The position numbers and the translations under genes were made by a program. Of a DNA stretch of 64,000 nt, positions 27,995 to 41,789 are shown piece by piece. The DNA is from Octopus vulgaris. Lineage: Eukaryota. Every line of letters starts with the position of its first letter. Within the stretch, counting starts at the first letter, position 1. The notes beneath the pieces were generated by a model. It was not told where the DNA came from and made no database searches. It saw nothing but the letters and a program-made list of their open reading frames with translations. The stretch is from assembly GCA_951406725.2 (NCBI GenBank), contig OX597831.1:42594001-42658000 (forward strand). The letters run 5' to 3'.

Positions 27995-29079
27995 ATATGT
28001 GAGTACATCAATCTGTCATTCTATCTTTCTATCCCAGTCTCTCTTAGTATAAATATATGCATACATATTATATATATATATATATATACACATATATATA
28101 TATATGCATATATGTATTTATGTATATATGTATGTATATATATATGTATGTATGTATATATGTATACACACATGCACCCATGCACACACACACACACACA
28201 CACACAAACACTCTTTCTAGGAATATGAATAATTATTTTAAAAAAAATGATCAACATTATCGGACAAATATCAAACATATCTCCAGATGAATAAACTTTT
28301 TATAGCTTTTCAAATCATTGGAATGATGTGCTAAAGGAGAGTTGATTTAACGTAAAAATAACACATATCGAGCATCTTAAAAAATATAATGGCAAGGAGA
28401 AAAAAAACAAACTAAATGACGGTAAGAGAAAAAAATATTTAGTCTCTCCTCTTCAGTTTAAATGTGTCATTCAATATAGCTGCAAGCTTCTTATATCACA
28501 TTTGCAAACACTTCCCATGCAATAATCCTTATTAGAAACTCGTCGGTAAAAATAATATCAAAATTAGCTACAGCTGTATCCAAAGGCTGACAACTGTCAT
28601 AGCCAGAACCAACAACTGAAATTCTATCCATAAATGCAGATGCAGTAATATTCTCTTGGTCTTAAGGATCTTAAGCATCTCATGAAGACCCTTGTGTGCT
28701 GTGAGAAGGTGGCCTCTAAAGACAGTGCTGTAAAAGTTACATTGGTTGTACTGAGAACACTTTTAAGAGTGTATCTTAATAGCAAATATATTCTTTTATA
28801 AATATTGCTGTCAAATTTTTGTACAACGCCAGCAATTTCAGGGAAAGGGCTAAGTTGATTACATTGACTCTACTACTTAACTGGTACTGTTTTTTATCGG
28901 TCTTGAAAGGATGAAGGGTAAAGATGACTGTGGCAGAATTTGAAGTCAGAATGTAAAAATAGACGAGATGCTGTTAAATATTTAGTCCGGCATGCTAATG
29001 ATTCTTCCAGTTCATGGCGTTTTATTCCTTTATAAATATTGACAAACGAAACGCAACTTTATTATTTCAATATACTTTT

Positions 29080-29536
29080 TTACTCTTTTACTTGTTTCAG
29101 TCATTTGACTGCGGCCATGGACTTATTCTTTGTAAGCCTAGTACTTATTGTATCGGTCTCTTTTGCTGAACCGCTAAGTTACGGGTACGTAAACACACCA
29201 GCATTGGTTGTCAAACAATATTTGGGGACAAACATAGACACACAAACATATACACACACACACACACATACATACATACATACATACATACATACATACA
29301 TACATACATACATACATACATACATACACATACATATATATATACATATATATATATATATGTACATATATACGACGGGCTTCTTTCAGTTTCTGTCTAC
29401 CAAATCCACTCACAAGGCTTTGGTCGGCCCGGGGCTATAGTAGAAGACACTTGCCCAAGGTGCCACGCAGGGGGACTGAACCCGAAACCATGTGGTTGGT
29501 AAGCAAGCTACTTACCACACAGCCACTTCTGCGCCT
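29080..29536 (-). mobile_element. SINE family A
   Basis: Reverse complement of family A with an internal deletion. Confidence 0.9.
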
Positions 29537-29990
29537 ATGTATCTGAATTTCTAAAGAGAGACATACATATAGTTTCAGGCTCAACTGACAAATATTTTTG
29601 TCTTTTTCTTAAATTCTATAGACTTTTTTTCATTTGACGTTAATTCTGTTGTACAAAGAATAAATGAATTCAATGAATAATATCATTGCAAGTTTTCTTC
29701 TGTGAAACAAAAAGTTACTGATCTGTGGATCAACACTAAAAAATAACTATGGGAAAGACTTGACCTTGCAGCTTAGAATACAATTAAAAGCAACAAATGT
29801 ATTAAAACATAAATTAATTAAAAGAAAAATAAAAGAAGGAAAATTGTTGAAACTGTTTTACAGAATATTAACAGAATCTATTGATGTATTTGTTTATTAG
29901 AATGTTCAATATTTCAAAGAAAATATTGATCCTTGGATGCAACAAGTTAGATAAAAGGATAAAGCTAATCTCTCTTTGTCACATGTACAT

Positions 29991-30123
<133 letters not shown>

Positions 30124-30151
30124 AAAAAGGAGATGTGGAACACGAGTTGTG

Positions 30152-30477
30152 ATATATAAAAAAAGGAAATGAAGAAAATGCTGACAAAATAATTTAAGTA
30201 AGGGAGAGTGTATTTAATTAGGTGAAAGTTCTTTTTACCGGTTGCGCATTTGTTATGCTTATCAAAAGATATTTTTTAAGAGAGATAGAGTTCCTTTCTG
30301 ATAGATTTTTTTCTCTTATCAGATAAGAGAAAAAAATCTATCAGAAAGGAACTCTATCTCTCTTAAAAAATATCTTTTGATAAGCATAACAAATGCGCAA
30401 CCGGTAAAAAGAACTTTCACCTAATCAAATACACTCTCCCTTACTTAAATTATTTTGTCAGCATTTTCTTCATTTCC

Positions 30478-30488
<11 letters not shown>
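30152..30488. repeat. Near-perfect 337-bp palindrome (centre 30321) with a hammerhead-like motif in each arm
   Basis: Arms are reverse complements with a 1-nt spacer; TCTT-TTGATAA-GCAT aacaa ATGC-GCAA-CCGG-TA at 30373-30412. Confidence 0.95.
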
Positions 30489-30524
<36 letters not shown>

Positions 30525-32068
30525 GTAGATATATATATGTATGTGTGTGCGTGTGTATATATGATCTCCATGTGTTTTGGTGATGAATATTCAGTTGTTT
30601 GAGCAACTGAGCTACTTCTTATAGAATTAGTCTGTAAATGGCTGAGTACTTCACAGAGATTTGTACATTTAGTACAATTCTCAGGCTGACTCAGCATGAC
30701 TCAGTTTGTCAAGGACTGACTTTTGCATTATATGTACAATCCATCCAACAGGTTCCCATGCAGTTTCTGTCAAACCAATGTTACTCATAAGGTTTGGGTT
30801 AACCAGGTTCTAAGGTAAATAACATTTGCTCCCCCCCCACCGCCCAATATCATGCAATAGGATTGAACACTGAATCTTGTGATTGTGAAATTATTAATGC
30901 AGCTGCCTGTTTCCTTCTCTCTTTTTCTTTCTCTCTACACATACGAACACATACACACAAACGCATTGTATGTCGCAGACTGGTACAGTTATGTGTGATG
31001 TAAGCGATGAGTTTACAGATGGAGTAATAACAATAACAGGCACACAGATGGTAATGTGCACGGAAAAGTGAATGAACAAATGATAAAATACTGTAATAAA
31101 GTCTCGGTTTTCAGGGGTGTGGTCCCACTGCTTAACCACTATTATTTCCAGGGTTACTCTACCCCGAAGTAGAAGCACCAGCCAGGGTCCCAGCAAATGG
31201 GTTATTTAGCAAACCAGTCAAATTTTTGCCACAAGGCCATCAAGTCCGGGATAAGGGGTAAGTTGATTACATCAACCCCAGTGCTCAATGGATACTTATT
31301 TTATTGACCCCAAAAGGATGAGCTGCAAAGTCGACCTTGGTGGAATTTGAACTCAGAATCTAAAGATAGACAAAGTGACTATTAGCATTTTGCCCAGTGT
31401 GCTAACGATTCTGTCAGCTAGACACATTAACATAACAAAATATTAAAAAAATAACATTAAAAAATGCCAACTTAAAACCTTGTTGTTTATATATATATTT
31501 TAATGCTTATTCTGTAAGCTTTTGAATACATAACTTTTAATCAGAACATCTAATATGTGTTCTTAAATTAGGAGTGAGATGTGTGGGTTTATCTCCCTTT
31601 ACTGTTTGGAGAGATTAAATATGTATATCCTCATGTGTGTCCAATTCCTCTTCACAGAGCGCATAGGAAAATACACATTTACAAAGTAACTTGGATGATT
31701 TTACTTTAATTACTCAACTGCTTTAATACATATACAGCCACAAGATTGCATGCAGTATAATTAATTCTTCTACAATTAATTTTGGCACAAGGCCAACAGT
31801 TTTAGCAGGAGGGAGTAAGTCGACTTCATCGATCCCAGCGCTCAGTTGGTACTTATTTTATCAACCCCGAAAGAATTCAAAAACTTAAAGCGCTGGAAGG
31901 AATACTGCTAAGCATTTGGTCCAACTCATTAACTTTTAAAGTTTGTATTGTATTATTCATAATTATATACACTCATCCATATAAATAACCTTTTTTTGCT
32001 GTTTAGCTATAACTGGAAGGAAATTAGGGCATACATACATACTTACATTCATACATACATACATACAT

Positions 32069-32260
32069 GCTTAGCGGTATTTCGTCTGCGTTACGTTGTG
32101 AGTTCAAATTCCGCCGAGGTCGACTTTGCCTTTCATCCTTTCGGGGTTGATAAATTAAGTACCAGTTACGCACTGGGGTCAATGTAATCGACTTAATACC
32201 TATGTCTGTCCTTGTTTGTCCCCTCTGTGTTTAGCCCCTTGTGGGTAATAAAGAAATAGG
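32069..32260 (+). mobile_element. SINE family B variant
   Basis: GAGTTCAAATTCCGCCGAGGTCGACTTTGCCTTTCATCC core with a different 3' tail. Confidence 0.8.
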
Positions 32261-33712
32261 TCTCTCTATCTCCCCCATTCCACACAAAGAATGTTACAAG
32301 TACCTAGGCATAGATGAAAATGTATCACGTGAAGGCACTGTGAATAAAGATAGAGTGACCTGAGAATGTTATACCAGACTTAGGAAAATATGGAGTCGGA
32401 ACTCTCCTCTTACAACAAAACAATATCCCACAATGCATTTGCGGCACCAATACTGATCCCAGCATTTGGGATACTTGATTGGTCTGTAGAAGAAATCCAC
32501 TCCATAGAAATCAAAACCAGCAAAATCCTGACAACTGGTAACTTCCACAGAAACAGTGCTGTTGATAGGCTCTACCTAAGAAGAAATGAAGGTGGTAGAG
32601 GCCTGAAATCAGTGCAGATGGCCTTTGAATGTCGTATGGTATCACTCAGGCAGCACCTGCTAAAACACAGCAGCAAAAATAAAATATATTAATGCAGTCG
32701 TGAAAAGTGAAGTGAGCAACATTGTATGGGTTGGCAGTGAGCTCCTCAAGAAGTACTCTCTTTCTGATGATCTATACAGCCCCAAAACAGCTGGGCTCTC
32801 TTACATCAGAGAAAACCTGGATGGAAAGCATTCAGCATACAGAAAAAAAAAGAATATGCATAGGTATATTGCCTGAAAGCTTGGAAAAGACAGTAGAATT
32901 GACATGAAGTACAGCCCCTCTTGGACACAAGATCACTACATCACATCACACTTTGAAGGCTATGCGTTTGCAATCCAGGAAAGGAGATTTACACAAAGTA
33001 CTTGGTGAACAAGAGAGACAGTTATGCTCTTGTAAACCCAAGGTGCAACTGCATATGTAGGTTGTCATGTTTCTGTGGAAGACATTATGCATGTGATTAG
33101 CAGCTGTCCTAAAATGTTGTCACTGTACTACCTCCCTGTGTGACACGGTGTTGTTGCTAAAACAATTTACAATGCCACCCATAAAAAAAAAAACTGTCCT
33201 GAAATAAACTTAGAAAATCCCTTTGTTATGGAATACATTCATAAACACCAACTCAAGGAATACTGTAAGAATAACAGACTGGATATTGATGCTTGGGACA
33301 GAGGGGCAAAGGTATGTACCATCATAGATGTTAGCTACCCTGCAGATATAAATATCTCTTTGAAAATCAAAGAAAAAGAGGACATCTATGGACAACTGCT
33401 TCGAAACCTCCAGCTTCTATATCCAGACTATGAATTCATATTCATACCAATAGTAATTAGAGCACTAGGTTTTGTTATTAAATGCTTAAAGGAGAATCTG
33501 GATAAACTGGGATTTTCAGAAAGAGAAATTGACTGGCTGATTTGTACATTACAAGTCCAATCTGTGAGTGGAACAGTAAAAATACGTAAGACTTTTCTCA
33601 AGTTCCAAATGTAAATTCGCCTGTGTTAACTACATCTCAAAGATGGAGCTTTGTATCTTTGTTGGCAACCAGCATCCTCCTCAGTGGAAAATTTATAATA
33701 ATAAAAAAAATA
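32261..33712 (+). mobile_element. 5'-truncated R4/Dong-like (RLE) LINE: RT C-terminus, Zn-knuckle, endonuclease, A-rich tail
   Basis: YKYLGIDE, DRLYLRRNEGGRGLKSV, HFEGYAFAIQE, HVISSCP, IIDVSYPAD..KIKEKEDIY..IPIVIRALG; frameshifted. Confidence 0.9.
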
Positions 33713-33772
33713 GAAGAGCCACACATATCTTTATATCCAACTTAACATGAATGTATACTTAGAACGCCGAAT

Positions 33773-33968
33773 GAGGTGGCAAGCTGGCAGAATTGTTAGC
33801 ACGCCAGAAAAATGCTTAGCAGCATTTCGTCCGTCTTTACGCTCTGAGTTCAAATCTCGCCAAGATCAACTTGCCTTTAATTCTTTGGGGATCGATAAAA
33901 CAAGTATCAGTTGAGTACTTGGGCTGATGTAATCCCACAAAATTTGTGCCTATAAAAGAAAGATTATT
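33773..33968 (+). mobile_element. SINE family B with 12-bp TSD
   Basis: AGAACGCCGAAT before and AGAATGCCGAAT after. Confidence 0.85.
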
Positions 33969-34299
33969 AGAATGCCGAATAATGCAGTATTCACTTCGAG
34001 AGGTCCTCTCATATAGAGGTAGGGTGCAAAGAGCACATAGCAGACGAGAAGCGTCTGGTATGGGTACCGGAACTGCCAGATCACATGATTTCAGCCTATG
34101 GAGTTCGGTTGCTGCGTACCAACGAAATATTACTGCCAACGATATATAGATTAACAGTGATTCTCCAGTCATTGATGTCACAGATAGCCAGCTGGTTTAT
34201 TAAGAAAATAAATATTAGCGATGAAAGCAATCTTAATACTAAATGGCAATTTTTATATCTGACTAAATGTGGCAAGCATTATTTTTTCGAATGCCGAAT

Positions 34300-34486
34300 T
34301 GGCAGCAAGTTGGCAGAATCATCAGTACGCCGGACAAAACGTTTAGCGCTATTTTTTTATGTTATGGGTTCAAATTCCACCGAGGTCAACAGGAAAAGTA
34401 CCAGCTGAGCACTGGAGATCGATGATATCGACTTACCTCTTCCCTTAAATTTGTTGGCCTTGTGCCAAAAAATTGAAACCATTATT
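34300..34486 (+). mobile_element. SINE family B with TSD
   Basis: GAATGCCGAAT before and GAATGCCAAAT after. Confidence 0.8.
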
Positions 34487-34529
34487 AGAATGCCAAATAC
34501 ATACACACATGTGAGTATGTATGTATGTC

Positions 34530-34631
34530 ATTATTCAGTTTATTTCAAGATTTCATGCCAATAGAGAAAGAGCCGATTTTTAACCTAGATCCAAAGGTCC
34601 TTCATTGGAATTTCATCAACAACAGGGTATG

Positions 34632-34665
<34 letters not shown>

Positions 34666-35282
34666 TGTATGTATGTATGTATGTATGTATGTATGTATGT
34701 GCATATTTGTATGTTTTATGTATATATTCTCATGCATATAGTTGCATATCTAGACATGCTCATATATATTTAAATGATAAACTTCTGGAAAGTTTTACAG
34801 ATTTTTACAGTTCCAGTGATGAATTGGATCTGTAGTCATGGAATTAGTTTTCACCTTTCTGCTTTCGAGAAGCCTAATTTCTCAAGATTGGTTTTTAGGC
34901 AGTGTGTTACATATCCCAGGGCCCCAGTAATTACAGGTATAAACGTGAACTTGTAATCTGGATAGAGTAACGACAGATTTCTCAATAGTTCAGCATAGGT
35001 GTTCGCTTTTTCATTGATCTTCAGCTTCATGTTAACATCCGCTGGGCAGCTAATTTCCACAATTGTGCACAGTTTCTCTTCTCTGTCTCAAATCATTATA
35101 TCAAGTCTGTTTGTGCTAATATTTTATTGAGGTCTTCACTGGGACATTCCACCAGTATTCCTTTTTATTATGAGTGGCTATGGCTTCTACCATATTGTGG
35201 GTTCTTATTTCTTTGTCCTTGGGATTATCCTGCCGACGGATTACATTACAGAGTGTCCTAGCTATAATATCATGTCTCATCG
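34530..35282 (-). mobile_element. RLE-LINE 3' fragment related to 32261-33712
   Basis: EISCPADVNMKLKINEKANTYAELLRNLSLLYPDYKFTFIPVITGALG. Confidence 0.85.
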
Positions 35283-36659
35283 TATGTATATATGTATATA
35301 TGCTAATACATAAATCAAATAAACTACAGATAGTTCATCTTCTGGTTAGTTTTCAAAAAGTTTTGGCGAATCTTTCACGTCATTTTAACTATTTTCTTCG
35401 ACCATTAGCTCACGTTCCAAAATTTTTTTTTCCGCTCAAAATTGTTTCGTCTTTTACGCTGAACTGTATTAAACTGAATAACTAAATATTCTATCTGAAG
35501 TTGCATTGGAATATAGCATCACAAAAAAACAACAACAAAATAACCCCAAATAAATAAATAAATGATTTTTTTTTTCCTGTAAACCATTCCGTTTTATATC
35601 AATTCCCAATTCTTGTTTGATTACTCATGAGACGTATCTGTCAATAACTTATTTAGCTTGCAGATTTCCTCACAACGAAAGTCTTCACAACAACAACAAC
35701 AACAACAGGATATTAAAGAACTCAGCAATTTTTAAAAATATAATCTGAGACAAATCTAGTCGTGTTTTTGGTTAATTGCGAAACTGTTAGGCATTCAAAA
35801 TTCTTTGAAGTTGAACCAATTTTTTTATGATGGTTCAAATCTGTAGAAAAAAAAATTCGTTTACATCGACTTTAAATCGATTGCTGCCTTTCTTTAGTTC
35901 TCTGTTCTGCTATACTATAAAAAAATTAATGTTTTCTATTTATTAAAGACTGTCTTGCATCATTCATAATTATATATAACTCAGTTATAAAAATATGATT
36001 TCCTTGCAGTTTCGCTGTTTACTGGCTGAAAAAAAAAAAAATTGGACAGACATTTATGAAAAAGAAAAATCTCAAATAAGATACAGATATTCCATCTTCA
36101 ATAAAATAACCGAATTGTGGAAGAAATATTCTAAGTGAAAATAGAATTTAACTGATTCCAAATGTTTAATAAGTCGTTCAATTGCTGGTTAAAGACGGAG
36201 CCAAAGAATTATCACATAAAATGGCATTTCACACTATTTTATTTTCGTTCATCCTAAAACACTTTTCGTTGATGAAATAAATATTCTGTGGCTGTGTGGT
36301 AAGAAGCTTGCTTCCCAATCACTCCGGGTTCAGTCCCACTGTGCGTCACCTTGGGCAAGTGTCCTCGACAGGAATTGAGGTGCAATGTGTGTGGTCGATT
36401 TCTTCCCTCAAGAGCTGCGTTTGTCAGCCGCTTAAAGTCACGAGGAGCCAAGGAGAAGTCAAGCTGTTTGTGAGATGGCTCCGAGGTCATGTGCACCGCG
36501 GCACATTCGTACCGAAAAGGGCAACAAGAGTCACGTCTGAACGAAAGCTGAGAAATGAAAAGCTGAGCTGAAGAGCCACCTGTTCGCACATGATAATACT
36601 ATATTCAATGGAGAAGTGGGACTGTTCAGAGAAGAAGTAACAAGCGGCATGTATGTATG

Positions 36660-36693
<34 letters not shown>

Positions 36694-36953
36694 TGTATGT
36701 ATGTATGTATGTATGTATGTATGTATGTATGTGAATGGCCGCAGTTCAATGACTGAAACAAGTAAAAAATAAAGGTATATATATATATAAACGATATGTA
36801 AACGATATATAAATGTATTTGTGTGCATCTTTCTGTTTGTCCCCCACCACCGCTTGACAATCGGTGTTGGTTTGTTTATCTCCGCGTAGCTTAGCGGTTC
36901 GGCAAAAAATATTACATAGAATAAGTACCAGACTTTAAAAAACAAAGTACTGG

Positions 36954-37550
36954 TGTAGTGAGATCTGGAATTGAACCTAAAATTCTTGCTTGTCAGGTCA
37001 AAGACAAGTGTACATCACGCCCAAGTCATACACGGTCTGTTCTGATTGTCAGCCAATCAGCTTGCAGTGATATCGTGCCTTATCTAATATACATCGAATG
37101 TTTTGCGACCTTTTCGCGCACCTTTCTAAGTATAAAAGCAATTTTGCGCCCAGAGTAACTGCAGAGGTTTGCGAGCCATCAGGGAAACACATCCTCACTT
37201 CTTGCCAAGCAACACCAAGTTTTTCTTTGCTGAATCCAGCTCGAAATGAAAGCAATTCTTCTTCATAATTGCAAACCAACTCTTCCCGACTTCACGAGTC
37301 TTATTAATCACTATTATTTTCAATTCTAATCTCCTACAAGCTCTACCGACAGCCATTAGGAGTTTATCTGTTCAATAAACCATACAATCGAATGATACAA
37401 TTATATTCGCGTCTGTTCATCCTGTATGCATAACACGCAGCTCAACTTACACTAAACAATAAAGAGCGTACACAAAACAACTTCACCGCGAGCAACACGG
37501 GGACCGGTGACGTTAGAAAGTGCAACTAAATATATCTTTCCAGAGCGATT
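36954..37550 (+). mobile_element. Probable solo LTR inserted in a family A SINE
   Basis: Starts TGTAGTG, CTGG duplicated on both sides, CCAAT about 37052, TATAAAA 37131, AATAAA 37374 and 37458; host SINE resumes at 37551; 3' end is not CA. Confidence 0.6.
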
Positions 37551-37993
37551 CTGGCGTTGATTCGGTCGACTAAAACCCTTTAAAGCGGTGCCCCAGCATG
37601 ACCGTAGTTCAATGACTAAAACAAGGTAAAAATAAAAGGTAAAATAAATGGTAAAAGATAAATATTTATAACAAGTTCAATATTTGCTTTTTGTTGAACG
37701 TCATAATGTCTGCAGCTCGTTTACTTTCAGTCTTTTTTTTTTTTAACTTTTATATCCTGTTTTTTTTTTTTTGTCTTTTTGGTCTCATCATTAGTCTTGC
37801 AGATAAATGTACCTAAATCCAAAGAACGCCTGAGTTCACCTGCACTTGTATTAGATTCTAGAAATAAATCCCAAAATAATGAGCCGTTGCATTGGGTTGA
37901 TGAACAGCGATGTTAGCGCAATACGGTACAGTAGCTGCAATAACTAAATCCTAATCTTTGGCAGTTTTCTCATTAAAAAACGAACAAACAAAC

Positions 37994-38032
<39 letters not shown>

Positions 38033-38142
38033 AACAATGACATTTTTATTGTTAATGACATTATTCTTATCCAGGAAATATAAATACTGGATTTTATGTG
38101 CTACTTTTGCCCCCACCTGTAACACAAAATGTTAAGTTTATT

Positions 38143-38560
38143 GCAGGAGTGGCTGTGTGGTAAGTAGCTTGCTTACCAACCACATGGTTCCGGGTTCAGT
38201 CCCACCGCGTGGCACCTTGGGCAAGTGTCTTCTACTATAGCCTCGGGCCGACCAAAGCCTTGTGAGTGGATTTGGTAGACGGAAACTGAAAGAAGCTCGT
38301 CGTATATATGTATGTATATATATATGTGTGTGTGTGTGTTTGTGTGTCTGTGTTTGTCCCCCTAGCATTGCTTGACAACCGATGCTGGTGTGTTTACGTC
38401 CCCGTAACTTAGCGGTTCGGCAAAAGAGACCGATAGAATAAGTAAGTACTGGGCTTACAAAGAATAAGTCCTGGGGTCGATTTGCTCGACTAAAGGCGGT
38501 GCTCCAGCATGGCCGCAGTCAAATGACTGAAACAAGTAAAAGAGAGTAAAAGAGTAAAGT
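38143..38560 (+). mobile_element. SINE family A, young full-length copy
   Basis: CpG-intact consensus-like sequence. Confidence 0.92.
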
Positions 38561-38671
38561 AAATACTGTGTCTTTTGATTAGATTTGTCCCTCTTCAGGT
38601 CAATTATATTATCATTTCCATATATCGTTAAAATTCACCATTCTCCCCCTCTTCTACGATTCGTTCTTCCT

Positions 38672-38930
38672 AAAGGCGCGTGGCCTAGTGGTTAGGGTGT
38701 TATTCTCTGAATCTTACGCTCGTGGTTTCGATTTCCAGACCAGGCAGTGTGTTGGTTCTTGAACAAAATAGTTAATTTCATGTTGCACCGGTCTATTCAA
38801 CTGTAAAACGAATCCCAGCAATAGTTTGGAAGTTAAAGCTGCTATGGACTGGCATCCCAAGCAGGGGAAGAGTGTTGTAATCCCAGCCACTTAGCTGCCA
38901 TGGAAACCAGGTAAAGTTCTAGCCTTAGAA
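38672..38930 (+). mobile_element. SINE family D-like
   Basis: AAGGCGCGTGGCCTAGTGGTTAGGG head, GGTTTCGATT B-box. Confidence 0.75.
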
Positions 38931-39826
38931 GTTATAGGAATCATGACAAAGCTAAGTCAAAGTTTTTCTTGAATGCTTTTCCGTAATCACACATTTTTAG
39001 GGCTCTGTAGAAATTTGAAATAGGACCTTTGTAGAAAGATAAAAATAGACCCTTGGTAGAAAGATAAAAAGAAAGAAAAAACACATTCTATGAATTTCTT
39101 CCAAATTGTAGTTACTTTCTGTCCCTAAGAAATGTCTCGCTTCGTAAAATGTTTAATTGATATATCTCAGGCAATATCATACTGATGGTTTCTAAAAAGA
39201 ATGAAATAGTCCTAAATATGAATACAGCTGACTAAAAATTTTTAGAACTTCGTAATAAGTAAATGACAGAAAAAAAAGAAGAAATAATTGGATATGGAAA
39301 GACTGTGCATCCTTTTTCCTTATAATTTCTGAATTTCTTTATAATATTTGGCAACATTTGAATTTTGGATTTGAAATTCAGAAATTATATCTACCATTAT
39401 TATAGGCATTACTAAAGTATCTACCATTACTAAAGACATTCAGATTGCCACAGACTGCGACAACAATGTCAGTGATTTCAGGGATGGAACGGACATACCA
39501 AAGAAATATCTCTATTCGACAGACTTATATCTTTGAAACATGAGTCGACTTTTAAATGGACAGTTATTAGAAGGTGTAGGTCGATTATAGCAGGACTGGG
39601 GCTGAAATAAAGACAGCTTCAGTTACAACATCAACAAGAACAGCGACATCAACAACAGCAGCAACAACAACAACAATAAAAACAAACAAGAATAACAGCA
39701 GCCGTAAACAGCAACAGCAATAGCAGTAGCAACAACAGCAACAAAAATAATAACCGAAACAGCAGCAACAAACACAATATCAACCACAACAATAACGGCA
39801 ACAATAATAACAGCTGCAATAATACC

Positions 39827-39896
<70 letters not shown>

Positions 39897-40010
39897 TCAG
39901 CGGCAGTAACAAGAACAAGACCAACGATAGCAGTAACAAGGACAAGAATAAAAGCAACAGCAACAATAAGCAGAACATGAACAATCATAACAGCAACAAG
40001 AACAACAACA

Positions 40011-40195
40011 GTGGAGACGCAATGGCCCAGTGGTTAGGGCAGCGGACTCGCGGTCGTAAGAACGCGGTTTCGATTCCCAGACCGGGCATTGTGAGTATTT
40101 ATTGAATAAAAACACCTAAGCTTCACGAGGCTCCGGCGGTGTCGGTGGTGAACCCCGCTGTACTCTTTCACCACAACTTTCTCTCACTCTTTCTT
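40011..40195 (+). mobile_element. SINE family C, 3'-truncated
   Basis: GTGGAGACGCAATGGCCCAGTGGTTAGGGCAGCGGACTCG head. Confidence 0.85.
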
Positions 40196-41080
40196 TCTAC
40201 TTCTGCCACAAAGTAGAGGAACCATGGTGTAACCCACTATGGTGTGGTAAACGTTCAGACCCTAGTCTGGATTGCGAATCCTCTGTACCCCAGGATGGTT
40301 CAGCTCTCCACCCGTTAAAAAAGCCACCGTTTACGGAATGAGGATAACAACGTAGCTTTCGCGCCCGTGCAACCGCCAGTCTATCGCATGTGGTGGGTGG
40401 ATCTTCAAGTTGCCACACGCATTCTTTGTAGCTTAGAGTGGGCTCGAATTAGAGATTATTCTTTGTGGCTAATGGCGTGAGTCCTGATTGGAAGAAGAAG
40501 AAGAAGAAGAAGAAGAAGAAGAAGAAGAAGAAGAAGAAGAAGAAGAAGAAGAACAACAACAACAACAACAACAACAGCAACAACAATTTACCAATGGAGC
40601 ACCCAAAACTCATTTTATTATTTTTGCCGAGGTCAACTTTACTTTTCGTCCCTTCGGATCGGGGATCGATAAATTAAAATACCAGTCATGAACTACGGTT
40701 GGTGATATCGATTACCCCACCCCCATTCCTTCAAAATTGCTGATCGTGTTGCAGCTCAATCAGAAACCATTATATATATATATATATAAAAACAATGAGT
40801 TCCGAGTAATCTGATATTTCCCAGTAGTTTTTATAGAACATGGTAATCGCCATTATTTAGTAGACGATACATGGACGTAAATGACCGATGAATAAAGGCC
40901 GAGAGAAACATGATGAATTTATATTGGAGTGGTTTATAAAAGACTTCATGGTTGAGTATCAAGTTATCTGACGTTTGTGTCTGTAATGACTGAATATTTA
41001 TATGTACGTATACATACGTATACATACAGCATATGTAGACACATCGTGTATGTATGTATGTATGTATGTATGTATGTATG

Positions 41081-41112
<32 letters not shown>

Positions 41113-41215
41113 TGTCTTTGTATTATATAAACATACACGCATGCAACCACACGTACATATGTGCTTATATGTGTGTGAATATGTATATGCGTATATGTAT
41201 ATATGTGTGTGTGTA

Positions 41216-41256
<41 letters not shown>

Positions 41257-41616
41257 GTACACACTTATATTTGTTTATACATACATACACACTCAAACGC
41301 ACGCACAGAACACAAATATACGCACAGGCAGACATACAGACACGCACACACACACACATGCGCAGAGCAGCTATCATTATTCTTTTTCAATTTTCGAATT
41401 TAGTAATAAAATATCGATCAACGTTTAAAAATTTTAAACTTAATTCAACTTTGATAATAATAAATTATTAGCAATACCATAATTATCGATACTTCTTTTC
41501 TTTTAAATGTAAATTTTTGAAAGAATTTAAACATTTTTGTACAAATTATAACCACATTATTATTATCATTATTATTATTATTATTATTATTATCATTATT
41601 ATTATTATTATTATTA

Positions 41617-41789
<173 letters not shown>

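Noticed and set aside
28500-28670. piggyBac-like peptide (FDIIFTDEFLIRII) or host exon
   Set aside because: Short, stop-bounded, similarity too weak
33995-34172. Minus-strand ORF MTGESLLIYISLAVIFRW... as the first exon at the CpG boundary
   Set aside because: Weak donor, both strands open, and the plus strand resembles a decayed Tc1 ARSPDxxP motif; cannot be supported without RNA-seq
40011-40085. tRNA gene
   Set aside because: tRNA-derived SINE head continuing into the SINE body; the same applies to the other SINE heads
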